DNA of 64,000 nucleotides from Phoronis australis (taxonomy: Eukaryota > Animalia > Phoronida), in NCBI GenBank assembly GCA_002633005.1, contig NMRA01000013.1, positions 1,722,403 to 1,786,402 of the forward strand. The letters run 5' to 3'. Of the stretch, positions 36,406-50,895 are shown one piece after another (position 1 is the first letter of the stretch; every line of letters starts with the position of its first letter). The notes under the pieces are model-generated. The model was given only the letters and a program-made list of their open reading frames with translations, was not told the origin of the DNA and did not search any database. The translations under genes were made by a program, and so were the position numbers.

Positions 36406-39400
36406 GGTGCTATCTACTGGCAAATTTGGGAAATTACGCGAAGATGGCAAAAAAAAAATTCTGATTGAATGACTGCGTTCTCTTCAATATTTGTAGTTAG
36501 TTTCTTTCACATAAAGGAATTTTTGCCGGGGCGCGTAAATTAATTTTAATTTTAATTAGTTATAATTTTGATTATTTATTATTTTAATTTTCGCATCAAA
36601 CGGTCTTTTAATAATGCAGTACAATAATCAGTTTATGCAATTTCATTTTTTTGAACAAAGGCTTTCTTACCAATCGCTGGATGGCGGTATATATTAGCAG
36701 GAAGAGATATCTCTTTCTGATATTAGCTAGTCTGTAGTTTTTCAAGTGAAAAGAAATCACAACGCGTTTTTATCAACCGTCTACTGAACGGTTAGCCTTT
36801 TGTGCTAACTATTGTGTGGCCAGCGAAAATCGAAAATTTTAATCTAAATTAAATAACAATTTTATGTTCTTGAATTTACGCATGTTTTTATTTGTAACGA
36901 GAGTCGATATTACATCAAGCGATTGAAAGGAGATTCCCAAACATTTACCGTCCGCATGAAGTATTTGTCGATCCGCCCATGTCACTCAGACCATCATTTC
37001 AGTGATCGAAGTTATGGAATTTTTCCAAAAAAAGATTGAGAGTATACATTTTGTGCGACTAGCACATATGAAACAATTTATTTCGTCAGTTATGAAATGA
37101 CACGCTCTTCTATTATGGCGCTAGAAGTACAGATCTGACGGATTATTTATCAAACCTTAACATAAATTCATACGCGGAACACCCAGACGTTTCTATTTTT
37201 AGACTTGTAACGTGAGTACTTCAAGACGAGTGGTGTCCGAAGACGAATACGCTGTCAAATGAAATGGAAATTTAGGCGTGTGTTGGACGAATTCGTCTTC
37301 AAATCAAACCCTGTCTGTTTTAATTTATCGTTTGTCTAACAAGATACATTTCTGAGGTAAGCCAAACACTGTGTTTGATGATTTTGATGCGTGTGGATAG
37401 GCCTAGCTGTTATCCGAGACTTGAGTCACTGATGACTGATCGATGACGATTCATTCACAAACAGTTGCAGTCTTTAGACCTACCAACTGCATGGGAGGGA
37501 AGCTCCCGTGTGAAGACATGGATACCCGTGATAACACTTTGTGGAGAAATGATTGCGAAGATGTTGTTTTTCGTTTTTAAGAATGTGCCAGTGTGGAAGT
37601 AGATAATTTGTTCAAACATGAGGAGGTAGACTCCCTGGGGTGGGGTACATAGACTCGCGCATTGGCCCTCTGGCTCCGGGCATATGAGAAAGAGATGCAT
37701 AGCCGCATAGGGTCATTAGGACATTAGGGGGTAGGTGCTGCCCTTGACATGCCACTCAAATAGCAAGCATTTTTATTAATTTTGGTGTAATGATGGTTCC
37801 CATTTTTTAATAAGTTTGGTTCAAAGATCCACCGTAGATTAATTTTCAGCCATGGTGTACAATAAGTTAGATACTGGATCAGTGTTTGACATTTAACATA
37901 CTGCCAACTTATCAAAAATATGACCCAGTAAATTTCCCAGGTCACCAAACAGGAACTGAGGTCACCGAATTAAGCGGCGTGTATTCAGTCACATCCAAAT
38001 ACGAAATAAACGAGATACGTGCCTGAATTGAAGAATCAGTGAACTTGGCAATTGTTTTCCAGACATCACTCAAACCGAACGACGTTTCTTTAAAAAAATG
38101 TTTGCATGGCATAAATATGGTTGCAGTTTCCAAGGCCATGGGGCACCCCCTACAATACCGAAATGCATGGTCTGTGCATCTGGGGTAGGGTATTCAAGTT
38201 TTTATTTTGAAATTTGCTGTCACCACCAAACCAATGCCTATAGGCACAGATACTGAGAGGAGGGTAGAATGTGCACAGCTCCTGTATTTTCGTAGTGGAT
38301 GAATACAATATTCCCCGTACCAATTTTTCAGCCCCCCTTCTTTTCATAAACGTGGGTCTGTGCCATGTCTTTTTGCTTTAGAATTAATTTAAGTTATTGC
38401 CTATTCATAAGTTCCAGAACAGCTCGGACCAATAGACTTTCAGACCTCTCCCTTCAACATAGGTCTACTCATCCGTGTTTATTAGAGAAGCATGGATTGT
38501 CAGTGATTAGGAATGTCAGTACCTTCAGTTGGAAGTTAAAAGCGTAAGATCACTTTAAAGTGGTGAATCTAATAGTGAAGCATTGCATGTTGCCACGGCA
38601 ACAACACTTAACTTCAGTGTCATCAGGCTAGTGGTAGATGCCCCGTTAATGTTACTAGTAACGTGTATTGCATTAAAAATTTGCACGCCAATATTTTCTT
38701 CAATTATGCACGGTTTTTCTGCAGTAACTTTTACAACGGTTAAATACTGATCGTGAGACTAATGGGAATGGTCGAGTTTACTTCACTGGTTATGTCGATA
38801 CAAGGCTGCGGACTTAACAATGGAAAAATGTCTTCATAGAAACTGTTTGGCCCAGGCTCTACCATCATTTTTTTTCTCTGTAGAAACAGCTCTGCAGATC
38901 CATAAGGTACTTGTCCAACTGCACCATGCTTATCACAATTCTACATCAAAAAAACCTGTGTTATGCGTTATTCTAATTAATTCTAATAAAGTTTTACTGT
39001 TGTGTAGTGCAATGCACATAAATTTTGATAGGCTGAGTGAGACGTTTATATATATCTGTCTGAGCTCCGGTCAAGTATACCTTTCAAAACTAGATTTCTT
39101 ATTTTGTATTTTTCTAAAAAAAGAAAAAAAAGTTGAATTCGGGAAATTTAATTGGTTGCCAAGAATGGCAGTTTAGATTTGAACTGACGTGTGCGGGGCT
39201 CTCCACATAAAATAGGTAGAGGAATGGTGGTGGAGACTCCAAATTCAAACCAATGCAATACCTGGACAATATTGGGAATATGGTAATACAATTACCATCC
39301 TGGTGTCAGAACCACTTCAGTCACCTCCACACACAGCCTACCCTAGAATAACTTAAACTTGTGCATATAAGTGGAGCGTTCACACACACATAACTAGAGT

Positions 39401-42400
39401 AAGGTGGAAACTGTCGCTCTGTGTGTGACAATGAACACCTGATTCCAATGCGGCGCACAAGAGAAAACCCGTCTGTAATTACTTCCACCCTGTACCCCTC
39501 TTTTGGGGCAACAAAGTGATTACAAATGGCGCAAGTTACCCTAGAACAAGTTACCCCCACCTAGATAATGTGGGGTAAGTTGTCACAAGGTGGGGTAAGT
39601 TGCACTAACTTAAATAGCATCCACACAATACTTAAATCTTGTGACGACTCGTTCGAGGTGCAACTTGTTCTAGGGTATGTTTGTGTGTGTGTGGGCCCCC
39701 ATGGAAAGCAGTGTGAACTAATGGGGCTACCCTCATTTTAAATATTACATTAATAAATGGGTCTTAAATAATGCCCTAGAAGACAACCTGCCTACAGATT
39801 TCAGTAAAAATTCTTAAATTTGGAACAGCAACATGTTAGTTGAAATTGAATTTTTCTGATTCTGTAGGTTGGGATATGGGCGATTTTGACTGGACACTGT
39901 GTTTTGTAGTCATCAGAGTCTGAAAATTAAGTTGCGGGTCCAAAACATTGCTGAATATAGATGCTGACGCGATGCTTGCATGCATTCCCTTAGTATGTAA
40001 CATCAAAGTGTCCGATCATTTGTCAGTGATCGTAATTCTTGAATTGAAGATGGTCCTTTTTGAGCACATATTATGACACAAATTTCAGTGTTGATATTCT
40101 CAGCTTCTCGGGTCTGCTTTGTCTACAAAACAGCATCCCAGTTTAATAGCATTACCCAATTTTGTAGTGAAGTGGGACAAAATCTGAATTTCATGTACAT
40201 GTATGCCCAAGGTAGGTTCAGTTTACAATCACCCTGATGGTAGCCTGGCAAGACTTCATGGTTGGCTTGTAATTAAATTCATAGTATCCCTGGTCTCTTT
40301 CACATGCATTTTGCTGTTGACATGTTTAAGTATTGCACTGTTTTACAATTCATTGATCCATTAGCCACTGTCGCAGTTCAATATTAGCCTCACTGTGAGT
40401 CAGCCAGTGTTGAGAATAGGATTGAGGATTGTATTATTGGAAAATATCCTCTCCACCACATGTCAAGAGTGTTGTACAGTTCCTTGACTGTTGAGCACAT
40501 CTGGTGGTCTAGCAAAAGAGTAAGGAGCACAATTTGGCCAGTGCAAGATTCTAAATGTCAGAAAAACATTTGTGTCGTGAGAATCTCAAAGCAGAGCACT
40601 CAATATCTGTTTTGGGGTCCACCTCCGGGGATAGTGTGTGGCATTTTGTTTTGTTAGGATATGCTGAACGGGGTTACTGTTAGGCTGTGAAAACTTAAGG
40701 GATTTCACACCATGCTGGTGAAGAGTTAGGCGACATACCAAATTAGCTAGTGCAGGTTCGTGTGTGCAGTAGCAATTTTGCATAGGTTTTCACTGACTGG
40801 TGTTGCAGTGCTTTATGCCTAAAGTATGCTTTATTTATGGCCTCATATTTGTAGTCTGGTAGTGTAAGATTATGTATGTAATACACCATACTGTGCATCT
40901 CCTCCTGGTGTGAAGCCCTCATAACAGAAACTACTTTCCCCATAGTATTTTCAGGTGACTATTTAAAAAACAGATACAATTTTCCAGACGTGTGGCATTT
41001 TCAAATGAAATGTATGATGGAGTTACACCAGGGGCGCATGTGCATTTTCACTCACATAGTGGCGTGGATTTTTTCATTTACCATACTTTTCAGCTGATGA
41101 ATATAAGTTTTTTATTTTTTGTCTTTGATCATATCCTTTATTTCATGTATTTCCTGTATTTTCTATTCTGACGAACTGCAAATGTTCCCTGTTTTCAAAA
41201 GACAAACTCACTAATTGTTCACTTCCTTAAACTTTGAGTTTCTGATGAAACATCCTTTATGCATGTAATGCATTTATTAACAGTACCCTGAATGTTTAGT
41301 TATGAAAATTACCAAAGTTACGAAATTAAGCGGCCTGCCAAATTTGGGTGTGCTTTGGATGGGACCGATTTCTCACCAGATCTCACTGTTCAAACCACAA
41401 GTTTACATTTTTTTGGTCAACGTGTCACATCATGACCAAGAAAGTGTTCTCTGATTGGGGTAAACGTGGTGCCGGGGCATATTGCTTCAAAATGATTGGG
41501 CACTAGTATGAAACTTTGTGAGGGTGCAGCTGGTAACGGCACTTTACCTTGTTGGCAGGTTTGCGTTCTCAGTTACGACTGACGCTGATGGTAGTAAACC
41601 ATATAGCAAGTTACGTACCTGAATTATAGATAGTTTGAAACATACTAAACCCATTATTATACCCAGATGCACAGCTGGAAGTTACGCCAGGCCAAGATCA
41701 AAGACCCATGGCCTTGAAGACCAGTTCACTGTAAACTGTATCTTCTACCCTGCCACCTGGGCACATAGTCATGTTGAATGACCATTTTCCAGTATGGTGG
41801 CAACATAATGACTGCCTTGTGACTAGAGATATCAGGATACGGTGCTGCTGGATTAAGTGATCTGTGCTCTTGTTGAGAGTTTAATACAGTGAGAATTGTC
41901 CCCAGAGTTTTTTTATAAATTCTCTAGGACAAATTGCAATCGTTGTGCAGTGAGGTAATCAAAGGATTCATGCAAAAATGTCCAGTGTCTTAAAGTGTAG
42001 TTGAATGAAGGAAATTTCGTCTCATTTTTGTCAACTCTTCTCGGCTTGCACGCAAGAATTAGAATTGGCCGGGTCAAACAAAAGACTTTTGTGCTCGCAC
42101 AATCGTCAGTGTTGTATGTTGAATCTGATTGGTATTAGATGTTAACTTGTGTCTAATTTCAGTGAATCAACCTTCCAGCGATTAAGTGTCTTATGAAACA
42201 AAAGTTGATGGTAAAATGCAAGATTTAAATAATTTTCGGCGTTTTTATGTTTTTAAGGCACTCATTCTCAAAGTTTGTCACAAAATTATAGTTTTAAAGA
42301 CCCATCAAAAGCATTGTTTTTTTTTGAAATTTCAATAGACCGGAGATTGCAAACTCAGCTTCAAACTTTAACTGTGAAGTGATCCTTTGAAAATTCAATA

Positions 42401-45400
42401 CAAAAATTACTAGAACCTGTGCAAAAAACAATTCTGTAGCCATGGCAATATAATTGGTGTTGCTTTTGAGTTAAGAAACTGATGCTCATGACATCCTGTT
42501 CAGGCATAGCCATTGGTTATAGTCGCAGTGGCCACGTCTTTAAGTCCAAAACCTTACTTACATGCCCAGGGTATTTGAATTAAAAATAATAAAAAATCAA
42601 ACCTGTGGGTGGGCATTGCAGAGTTATTTTTAATATTTGTTGTGAAAATATAATGTACCGTAGTTGCAGTTAAACCCAGAAAGTGCCAGAAATGGACATT
42701 ATTGGCAATAGTCTTGTGTTGACTTGAGATCAGCTGTAAGATAGATTTGAACCCATCACCTCAGCAGTCACAATCCAATGCTGAGCTTTAGAAATAAATC
42801 ATAAATGACAATGCAGGCAAATAACTGAACTGAGTATTGGTATTTAGCTGATAAGATCAATGGCCTTGATTTCAGTTAATTCTCTCCCAATGACAAGAAC
42901 AAGGTACCTAAACTACAGGTTAACGGACTCATAAACACACGGATGCATGAACACGACTCAGGTACCTGCAAAGTGAGTTCACCTTGAACGCGATGTCCTT
43001 TGGATGTTGCTGTACGCAGCATTTGGAACAAGCCACTGTTCGAGGAGCACTTTTATTCAGCTTCCTGTTGTACTTTTATTGGCGGCTTCATGTCACAAAA
43101 CAAAATCTGAAGTCGTTGATACGACCTACAGCCATCAAATTGAACCCTGTTATGTCCACCCCTCAATTATATGAGTACCGTACTCTATATCTGCCCAATT
43201 AAAGACCCTTTCCTACTAAAGTCAACGCATCAATGTTTTGGGAGTTGCGGTCAGTAGGAATGGTTAACTTCAGTCCTGGGTCAAAGTTAACAGCGCCAGT
43301 TATCTTTGCAGTAAACAGGTGGATTTAACAGTGGAACGTCGAAGCTGCGGTGTAGTATGAACAGTCAATTTCAGTCTCATCGAACGCCAGAGGCCACTGC
43401 GATCGCCTACAATAAAAGCCTAACTTCAATGGAATTTTGTTGTTTTAGGTCTAATGAGCTACCCAGAATGTCTTAGCAGCTAGAGCCTTGGCAAAATAAG
43501 AAAAATGCAAATTCTCAAAATCCAGGACCATCTACTGTGACTGTCTACTGGTGGTTATAGAATGGTACGACCATAATGTCCAAAGGATAGACATTCGGGC
43601 TAGCCGAATGATATGTATTTTTGGTTGTTGCCTGCCCCCCCCTCCCAAATCTGCCTTTGAATCCAGTCATTAGGCACCATCCTCTGTGTGCCCTTTTTCA
43701 TCCAGCTCAGCTCAGTGCATACACCCCCTCTGTGGTCTTTAAGTTGAATTCAACTGCCAGAGGAAGTGACTTGGTCATATAGGGGATCTTGTCAAATGTA
43801 GGTCACAGCCCATCCACAACCAGCAGTCCAACCAAAGATTATTTTCTTAACAGGAACTCTCTGGCGATGGCAGCTCTTAGGATTAGCCTTGTTGGCAAGG
43901 AGGATTTGGAATCCGGTCAGTTATTACTGAAATATGTATTCATAGACATGTTCTTGTAGATTGGAACACCCAGTATTTGTGTTCTGGTGAAGATGTATTT
44001 GTTCGGTTTGCATTCTTGACAGCTGTCCCTGGTGGAGTTTGGGAGTGGGCTGGGTCTAGCAACTGGGAAGTTATGGACCAACTATGGCTGATTGTTTACA
44101 TTTAGTTGAGCTTAGTTGGCTCTGAGTCATTTATCAGTTGCATGGTTGTGATGGCATCTTGTGACAGCTGTTAACTGGCCTGCAGTTGGTGTCAGAACTG
44201 ACGGGAATTTCTCAATGGTGTTCTGGTCCATTTAGTGGCAGTGCCAACAACTATGATCTGAGTATCAATTCAGACTCCTGTATTCTACAGAATTTAGAAC
44301 AAGCCAGAAATATCCATTATGATCATCTTTCTAGCTCTAAGTTTCCAACTTTGATAAGAATTGGCAATTTTGCTGCTTGTGGCTTTAAAATTCAGTTATG
44401 AAAGGATGACTCCTTCTTGAAACATTGTGTAACATTTGATGGTGTCTGAAGAACTTTTTCCTGGTTCAAGTTTAATGGTGGAATTTGTTTTACGTTTTTG
44501 TCTACTTTTAGTAATTGTAGTGTCATTTTGGGATGAAAATTTACTATGATTGTGAAAGATAAGAACAAAATTGACCTAAAGTAAGTTACAATAAACACAA
44601 AACATTAGTTTCTTGCACTAAATTCTTTCCAGTAGGCTGACCTAGGGTCAGAACTGCTGTATGGTGGACAATTGACAGCATGTTGCTTTAAATTTGCTGT
44701 AGTATGTCGCCAAGGTAACATCCAAATATGCTCATGCAGCCAGCCATTCATCCCAGGCTAGACATGATATGTTGAAGACTATACCATTTTTTGAAAAAAA
44801 AAAACGATTATTTTTTCCCGACATTGGTGAAACTGAATTTGACTTCATATCATTGTCACTCTACTATGAGTAAGTGTCGTCAACTTTAATGTTTGTGTTA
44901 TCTTGTGTTTTGGTTGTTGTTATAAGAATGATTGCCAAAACTTCATTAATTAAAGATGTTATACCTCATTAAAACTGTGAATATTTAAATTTGTAGCAAG
45001 TACCGCCTAGTGAATTCCTGGAGAACTGTGTGCACAATTATAATCAGGAAAGGAAAATAAACTGTGGTTTTAAAGAAAACTCTACTGGTGCACTCAAGTG
45101 TGAACATATAAAAACCGTAGTAATTCCAAATATTTCACAAACGTTAATTGATAGTGAAATGTACAAATAATAAAAACTTTGCCTTGTTTCCTTATGGTAG
45201 CGACAATGCTTTGGGGGTTTCCCAGGGATTGTCGTCCGGCATGTGTGTCGTCTCAGAAATGTGCGAAATGCGAATACCTAGAACTTGCAATACCAGAGAC
45301 GCAAAATGACATGCTATTGAAAATTTCCAAGGTGTTGGCAAACTGAAATTATATGCTTTCTTTGTTCTCTTGGCTGGTCTGCCATGATGAAGTATTACTA

Positions 45401-47082
45401 TACTCATAAACATAAAAATAGTCTCACAAGACAAGACTTTATTGAGATGGTAGGGTAACTAATTCTCGGATGGTTTCTCGCAAAGTGGAGGACCCGGGGT
45501 TGTTTGTAAATTAGTACTTCATTTGCATATTCACAGTTTAATGAGACTATGCATCTTTAGTGTCTCAAATATAGTCAGGACATCAAGACTTCACTACTGC
45601 AAGTTCACTGCGTGTGCGCCACTCAGGTCTGATGCATGCTATTCCCCTCAAGAGGCATATTTTCTATCCACATAAGACTGAGACTTACCCTAAAATAAGT
45701 TACTCCAGGAATGAGGTGTCAGTAGGTTTAAGTGCTGTGTTGGCACTATTTAAACTTAAGCCCAACTCACCCCACTTGACAACTTACTCCACATTATCGT
45801 GGTGGGGTGACTTATTCCAGGTTAAACTTGCACCACTAAGTAATCACTGTGTGGCCGCATAACCAGGGTAGGGCAGAAGTAATTATCAGCTGTGGTTACA
45901 TACAGTTGAGTCTTCTTTTGCGCACCGTACTCGCTTTACGTGTTCACTGTCACGGACAGATGGACAAGACTTCCGCCTTACCCAAGTTATCGGATATGTC
46001 TTTGTGGACGTTCCACTAAAAGTGGGGTAAGTTGCTCTAGTACAAGTTGTTCTAGGGTAGGCTTTGTGTGGACGGGACTTACGTTGTCACAAGTCAGGTA
46101 AATTGCACTAGCTTAAATAGTGTCCAGGGAGCACTCAAACCTAGCGACAACTCGTTCTAGGAGTAACTTGTTCTAGGGTAAGTCTTTGTGTAGACGGCAC
46201 TAATCTGTGATTGGAGTGATTCTTCTGGTAACAGGTCCAATCTCCATCTCATGTTTAGGTATGTTTATGTTACTGCTGTCCAATGTGCTTGGCCTGTTGA
46301 AGGCAGTTCATTAGCACTTTTTCTGCTGTCTATATTGTGCCATCCATTTCTCACTATTGAGAATTACTGCTCAGATGACTGATCTTTTATTGACTTATTT
46401 CTACCTGTACGTAATGGTGCCTGTCATATTCAGACTAAAGATCACATTTTTCATCTGAGCGACATCAGTTTTACGTATGCTCAGCTAGAGGACTCTGGTT
46501 TGTGGTCGAAATTGGACACAAAATGGTGCTATGGTGGCCATTTTTTAAATAATGTTTGTTTAGCCCTAAGCTTCGTGATCCCTTGATTGAAGATTGAATC
46601 ATCTCAAATTTGGTTATGTTACAAATACTGTAGCTCTCCTCAAGACTATGTTACCAGTATTGATTTCTTTCTTATAATGACATATGATTCTCGAGTTATT
46701 GGTGATTTTTTTCTGATTTGATTTCTGTCTGCACTAATCAATGCACTTTTATGGTTTATCCGTCACTGTGCGTTGGTGTATTCAGGTGCCGAGTTCATGG
46801 TTGGTGGTGTTCTTGGTTTCGTCGTCTTACTCACCTGTAAAATTTTAGTTTCATTTTGTCATTATGTCACTTCGTAGAGAGTTTTCATTTTCTGGTTCTT
46901 ATGATCAGATAGTAAAAGCTCTCCTAAGTCTTGAATGTCTGCCTGAATTGAAATTGAGGAGCATTTTGTGGGTTGGTGATGGAATGCGGCTGATCTTCGC
47001 CCCCAAAATTGGATTGTACCAAATAGGAAATTTTCAATTTCACCTATTATGGGCGTGCTTTGAAGTCTCATTTGTTTTACTG

Positions 47083-47130
47083 TAACCCTTACCCTAACCT
47101 TAACCTAACCCTAACCTTATCCTAACTCTA
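47083..47130. repeat. Degenerate (CCCTAA)n telomere-like microsatellite
   Basis: TAACCCTTACCCTAACCTTAACCTAACCCTAACCTTATCCTAACTCTA. Confidence 0.7.
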
Positions 47131-47473
47131 TCGATCAAAAGGTACTATATTGTGGCAAGGCATTTTTGAGGGCCCTGCATCTGAGATGGTTTTGTGAGAG
47201 GTCAATCACCTTACAATGACCCCTACTATCTGGTCAGTTGTGTTTTATGACCACTTTACATGTGGACAAAGTCAATTACAGTAGATGAATATGCCCAAGC
47301 TTCTTGACTCCTGTGTGAACTTAAAGGTCTGTGGAGTGAAATCAACCAGCTGCGATGAGTAACTTGTGTAGTATACAATGGGTGCATCTTCCTAGAAAAT
47401 ACGCTTTGGTTCGCCAGAGATGTGCTTCCCTTAACTAAATTTATTTTCAGAAAATTTACTGAATGTTATGTTC

Positions 47474-47548
47474 TTTTTATGCGCCCACATATTTATATGT
47501 GGACGCATTATGCCGTCATCTCTGTCCGTCCGTCCGTCCGTCCGGGCG
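47474..47548 (+). mobile_element. End of a Helentron/DINE-1-like non-autonomous element, truncated at an ambiguous base
   Basis: T-run + ATGCGCCCACATA..TATGTGGACGCAT hairpin + (GTCC)5 microsatellite, the usual HINE/DINE-1 layout. Confidence 0.65.
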
Positions 47549-49503
47549 NCTCAGCCCCTGTGGTGTTTTGCTGGTGGAGCTTAATTCCGCTGGATGGCAG
47601 TGCATTTTAAGTATATTTGTAAAATCTCTAGCTTTGACTTAGTGAATGTCTGGTGAACAATGTAGAGAATCAGTGAGTTGTAATAAATCACAAAGACAAC
47701 AGCTCTTGTTATTCTTTTAACTCTGGTCAAAGCTAATGACTCCAAGAATTCTGTCCCATCCACAATAATACCAAAAAAGCATTATTTGGTGGAATAACCA
47801 AGAATGTTCTTTCTGTAATTCCATTTGTCTTGAAGCTTTTTACAAAAAACGAAGTGCAGAAACAGCCAGAAAGTCCAGATAACATTGTCGTCAGTATACC
47901 AAAGCCAGTAGACATCCAGGGTTACTCTGTTAACATGATGATGTCTCTCACAGCTTCATGCTTCATCCCTGTTTAGACCTGTTTCCTTGTTTGTGCTTCT
48001 AAATAAAATAAATAATTTTAATTCTAAGTGCCCTGTATGGGTCTGGAAGTCATTAAACTGGGGGCTGTCTCATGAGCAGTGATCCTTAGCTCAGTGAGAA
48101 ACACTTGCTAGTGCTGCTGGTTGCTTCACATCAGTTGCATTTGCTCGGGAAGTTAACTTTACAAAGACAGTCTGCGCATGTTCATATTAAGAATGGCGAA
48201 TGTCCAAAACATTTCGATAACCAATATTTGTGCTGTTGCGCAAGCGGAATTAAAGTTAATTCCTTCCACCTTGCCCCAGTTTGTGTTTAGCCGTGTAGTT
48301 ACTGATCAGTGCTGCAGTTCATTCTGTTACTCAAACCGGTAACAAAAAAGGCTGCAGCATGACAGTTTGCACTTTGCACCGTACCAGTGGCGCCTGATCA
48401 TCTATTCCATGTGAGCTGGTTCGTGTAAATGCCGTCTAATTGACTTTGAATTTTTTCATTAGAAATTTTGAGACACAGGCAATTGTTGCATTGATCCTGT
48501 CTCTCACATTCCAGGCTCTATTTCTTAAAAATAATGACTACAACAGTGCTATCTAACAACAGTTCCGACGTCGTGTGATCATTCTCAATATGTGTGTATT
48601 TTTATGATTAAAGAAATAACCCCAAAGTTTGGAAATGTTAGTAATAATGAGTGATGCCACATCCATTTAGTGAACAGAGACTTAAACATTTTATTCTTTT
48701 GTTTGGACTCGCTGACCACTTCCACACTTAAAAATGGTCAGAAATCTCCTTCAACACCAAGTTTAATTTTTGCAGGCCTATTTTGAATTACTCCAAAAAT
48801 TTTACACATAGTAATCTGGACATTCCTGTTAGTTTTTGTTTGTGATAAAGGCATTCCTTGAAATGCAAGCATTTCCATATTTTTGTAATTGATTACTTAT
48901 TGACCCAGGACTGTCATTTCTTACAAACTCAGGAACATGACCGCATTTTTTTAAAATGATTACAGTTCTTGAGTGTCTGCAATTGAGAAGTCTGTCCCTT
49001 GAGTTATGTCAATGTTCTTTTCACATCTGTGAAATCAAGCCACTATAGAATGTTCTATGATTTGTTATTTTTTGCCCAAGCTGTCTTTGAACAGTAGCCC
49101 TGTATCTAATCTTTGTTTACTTGGCATCAGATTCTAATTACTCAGCTCCATTACTAGGTGAATTATCTCCCCACTTTCCCACCAGTCCTCCAAGTCAGCT
49201 GCGTTTATGGACTCCCTAATGAAAATATAGACCTGCCTGCACAGCCATTAAAAATTAGCTGTGTCAAATTGTTGTGGTCAAGTGCGTCAGTGTGTTAGAA
49301 TTCACCAGGGTTTTGTGTTGGAGAAGTGTACTGCCTTCTTGACTGGGTTAATGTCCGTCTCTTGGAGAGTTGAAGTTCAACAATAGAAACTCAAGATTGT
49401 TAACTCAGTCGTAGGAGCTCCATGGAAGAATTGGCATTGTGTAAGTTTTCTTCATTTCAAAAATTTTTTCCTTCCAGTTTTTGCCAAATAGTTCCGACTC
49501 TTC

Positions 49504-49615
49504 TGGGTAATGGTCTGATATAACGCGCCTGAATTTTGAGAACCATTTTTTCCACTGAATAAGGAGCATCAAACTGTTTCTCAGAATATGGGTGCGTTAA
49601 ATCAGACTATTGCCT
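49504..49615. mobile_element. ~112-bp hairpin MITE; second copy at 54052-54166
   Basis: GGGTAATGGTCTGATATAAC...GTTAAATCAGACTATTGCC; both copies are self-complementary along most of their length. Confidence 0.75.
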
Positions 49616-50728
49616 GCTCCTGTTTACTCTGCATAGTATTTTGGGTGCGTGCGACTTCGTATTGACCACAGATTTTTACTGAGGTCGCACTGGCATCCTG
49701 CAAGTCGCCAAATCGAGCCCTGTACTTTACATGCACATTTCAGTGGTCGCATACGTGTAATTTTGTACGCACGAGCTATTGGCTCATTGCTGTATCATGA
49801 CCCTTGAGGAATATTTCCAAAACCAATCTCTAGTCAAGGTGAAAAGTGGTTAGGACAAGTCTGAGGTCTAGAAACCTACCAAAACCGTTACGTGCCCACC
49901 CTCACCTAGTAAGAGAGAGCTCAGATTTGTAAGCATAGCTGTCTTATGTTATTATAAGGACTTGAAGCAGTGAAATGACGAGTCCTCCCTATGCTCTATC
50001 CAATATAGCATTGATCGTAGCAAGATTCTAGCCGCCAGATTTATGAAAATAAAGATGTCAGAGCTCAGTTGTAGCACTGATCAATAAATTATCAGACTCT
50101 TAACTGCTTTAACTTTTAACCATTGTCAAATCTAGACTTGATGTACTAGGTTCGTCCCACGATAATTATTCATGTATCACTCAAAAATTCGTTGTTTGAC
50201 TGAGTTCCGGCGTTCTGACCACGCTCAACTAAGTCCTGGTGAGAACACTGATTTAGTGATTTTTGTATGTCACAACATTTATGGTCATGGATTAGCCTCT
50301 TATAGCTAATAGATGCCACTTGTGATAAAAGCTGTCTAAACCATTGCATTCGGCGATTTACGATGTGAAAAACCAACTTTTTTAATTCAGGCACAGCATA
50401 AAGTCTCCACGTCTTACCTTCTGTTATTCTTAACATGCATAGTCTCATTAAATTGCGAATATGTAAATGAAGTACTAATTTTCTAACAACCCTGGCTCAT
50501 TCAGTGCACCAGAAACCACAATCTCGTTAAAGTCTTGTTTTTCTGAAACTATTTTTATGTAAATGAGTATGGTATGATTTAATTGTTACCTTAACTAAAC
50601 AAGGCACAGTTTTTTATTTGTTTATTTCACTATCAAATTACTATTGCATAATATGTGGAATTACTAGGTTTTTTGTGTTCACACATGATTTTAATCAATA
50701 TAGTTCGATATTAGCTCTTCGTTTACCC

Positions 50729-50895
50729 GAACTTCGCTAAAAACACGACTAGACTTTTTGTTAGCGCGCCTGATACTGGTACGTTCGTAATTTCTTCTGG
50801 TGTGCAGGTCATGAAGTAAATGACCGAGAGACAAACGAACTTGCCAGTGTCAAGCTTGCTAACAAAAAGTCTAGTCATGTCTTTAACGCAACTTC
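50729..50895. repeat. Foldback/MITE-like inverted repeat
   Basis: CGCTAAAAACACGACTAGACTTTTTGTTAGC is the inverse of GCTAACAAAAAGTCTAGTCATGTCTTTAACG. Confidence 0.7.

Noticed and set aside
47083-47130. True telomere or chromosome-fusion relic
   Set aside because: Short and degenerate; such CCCTAA runs are common inside invertebrate repeats.
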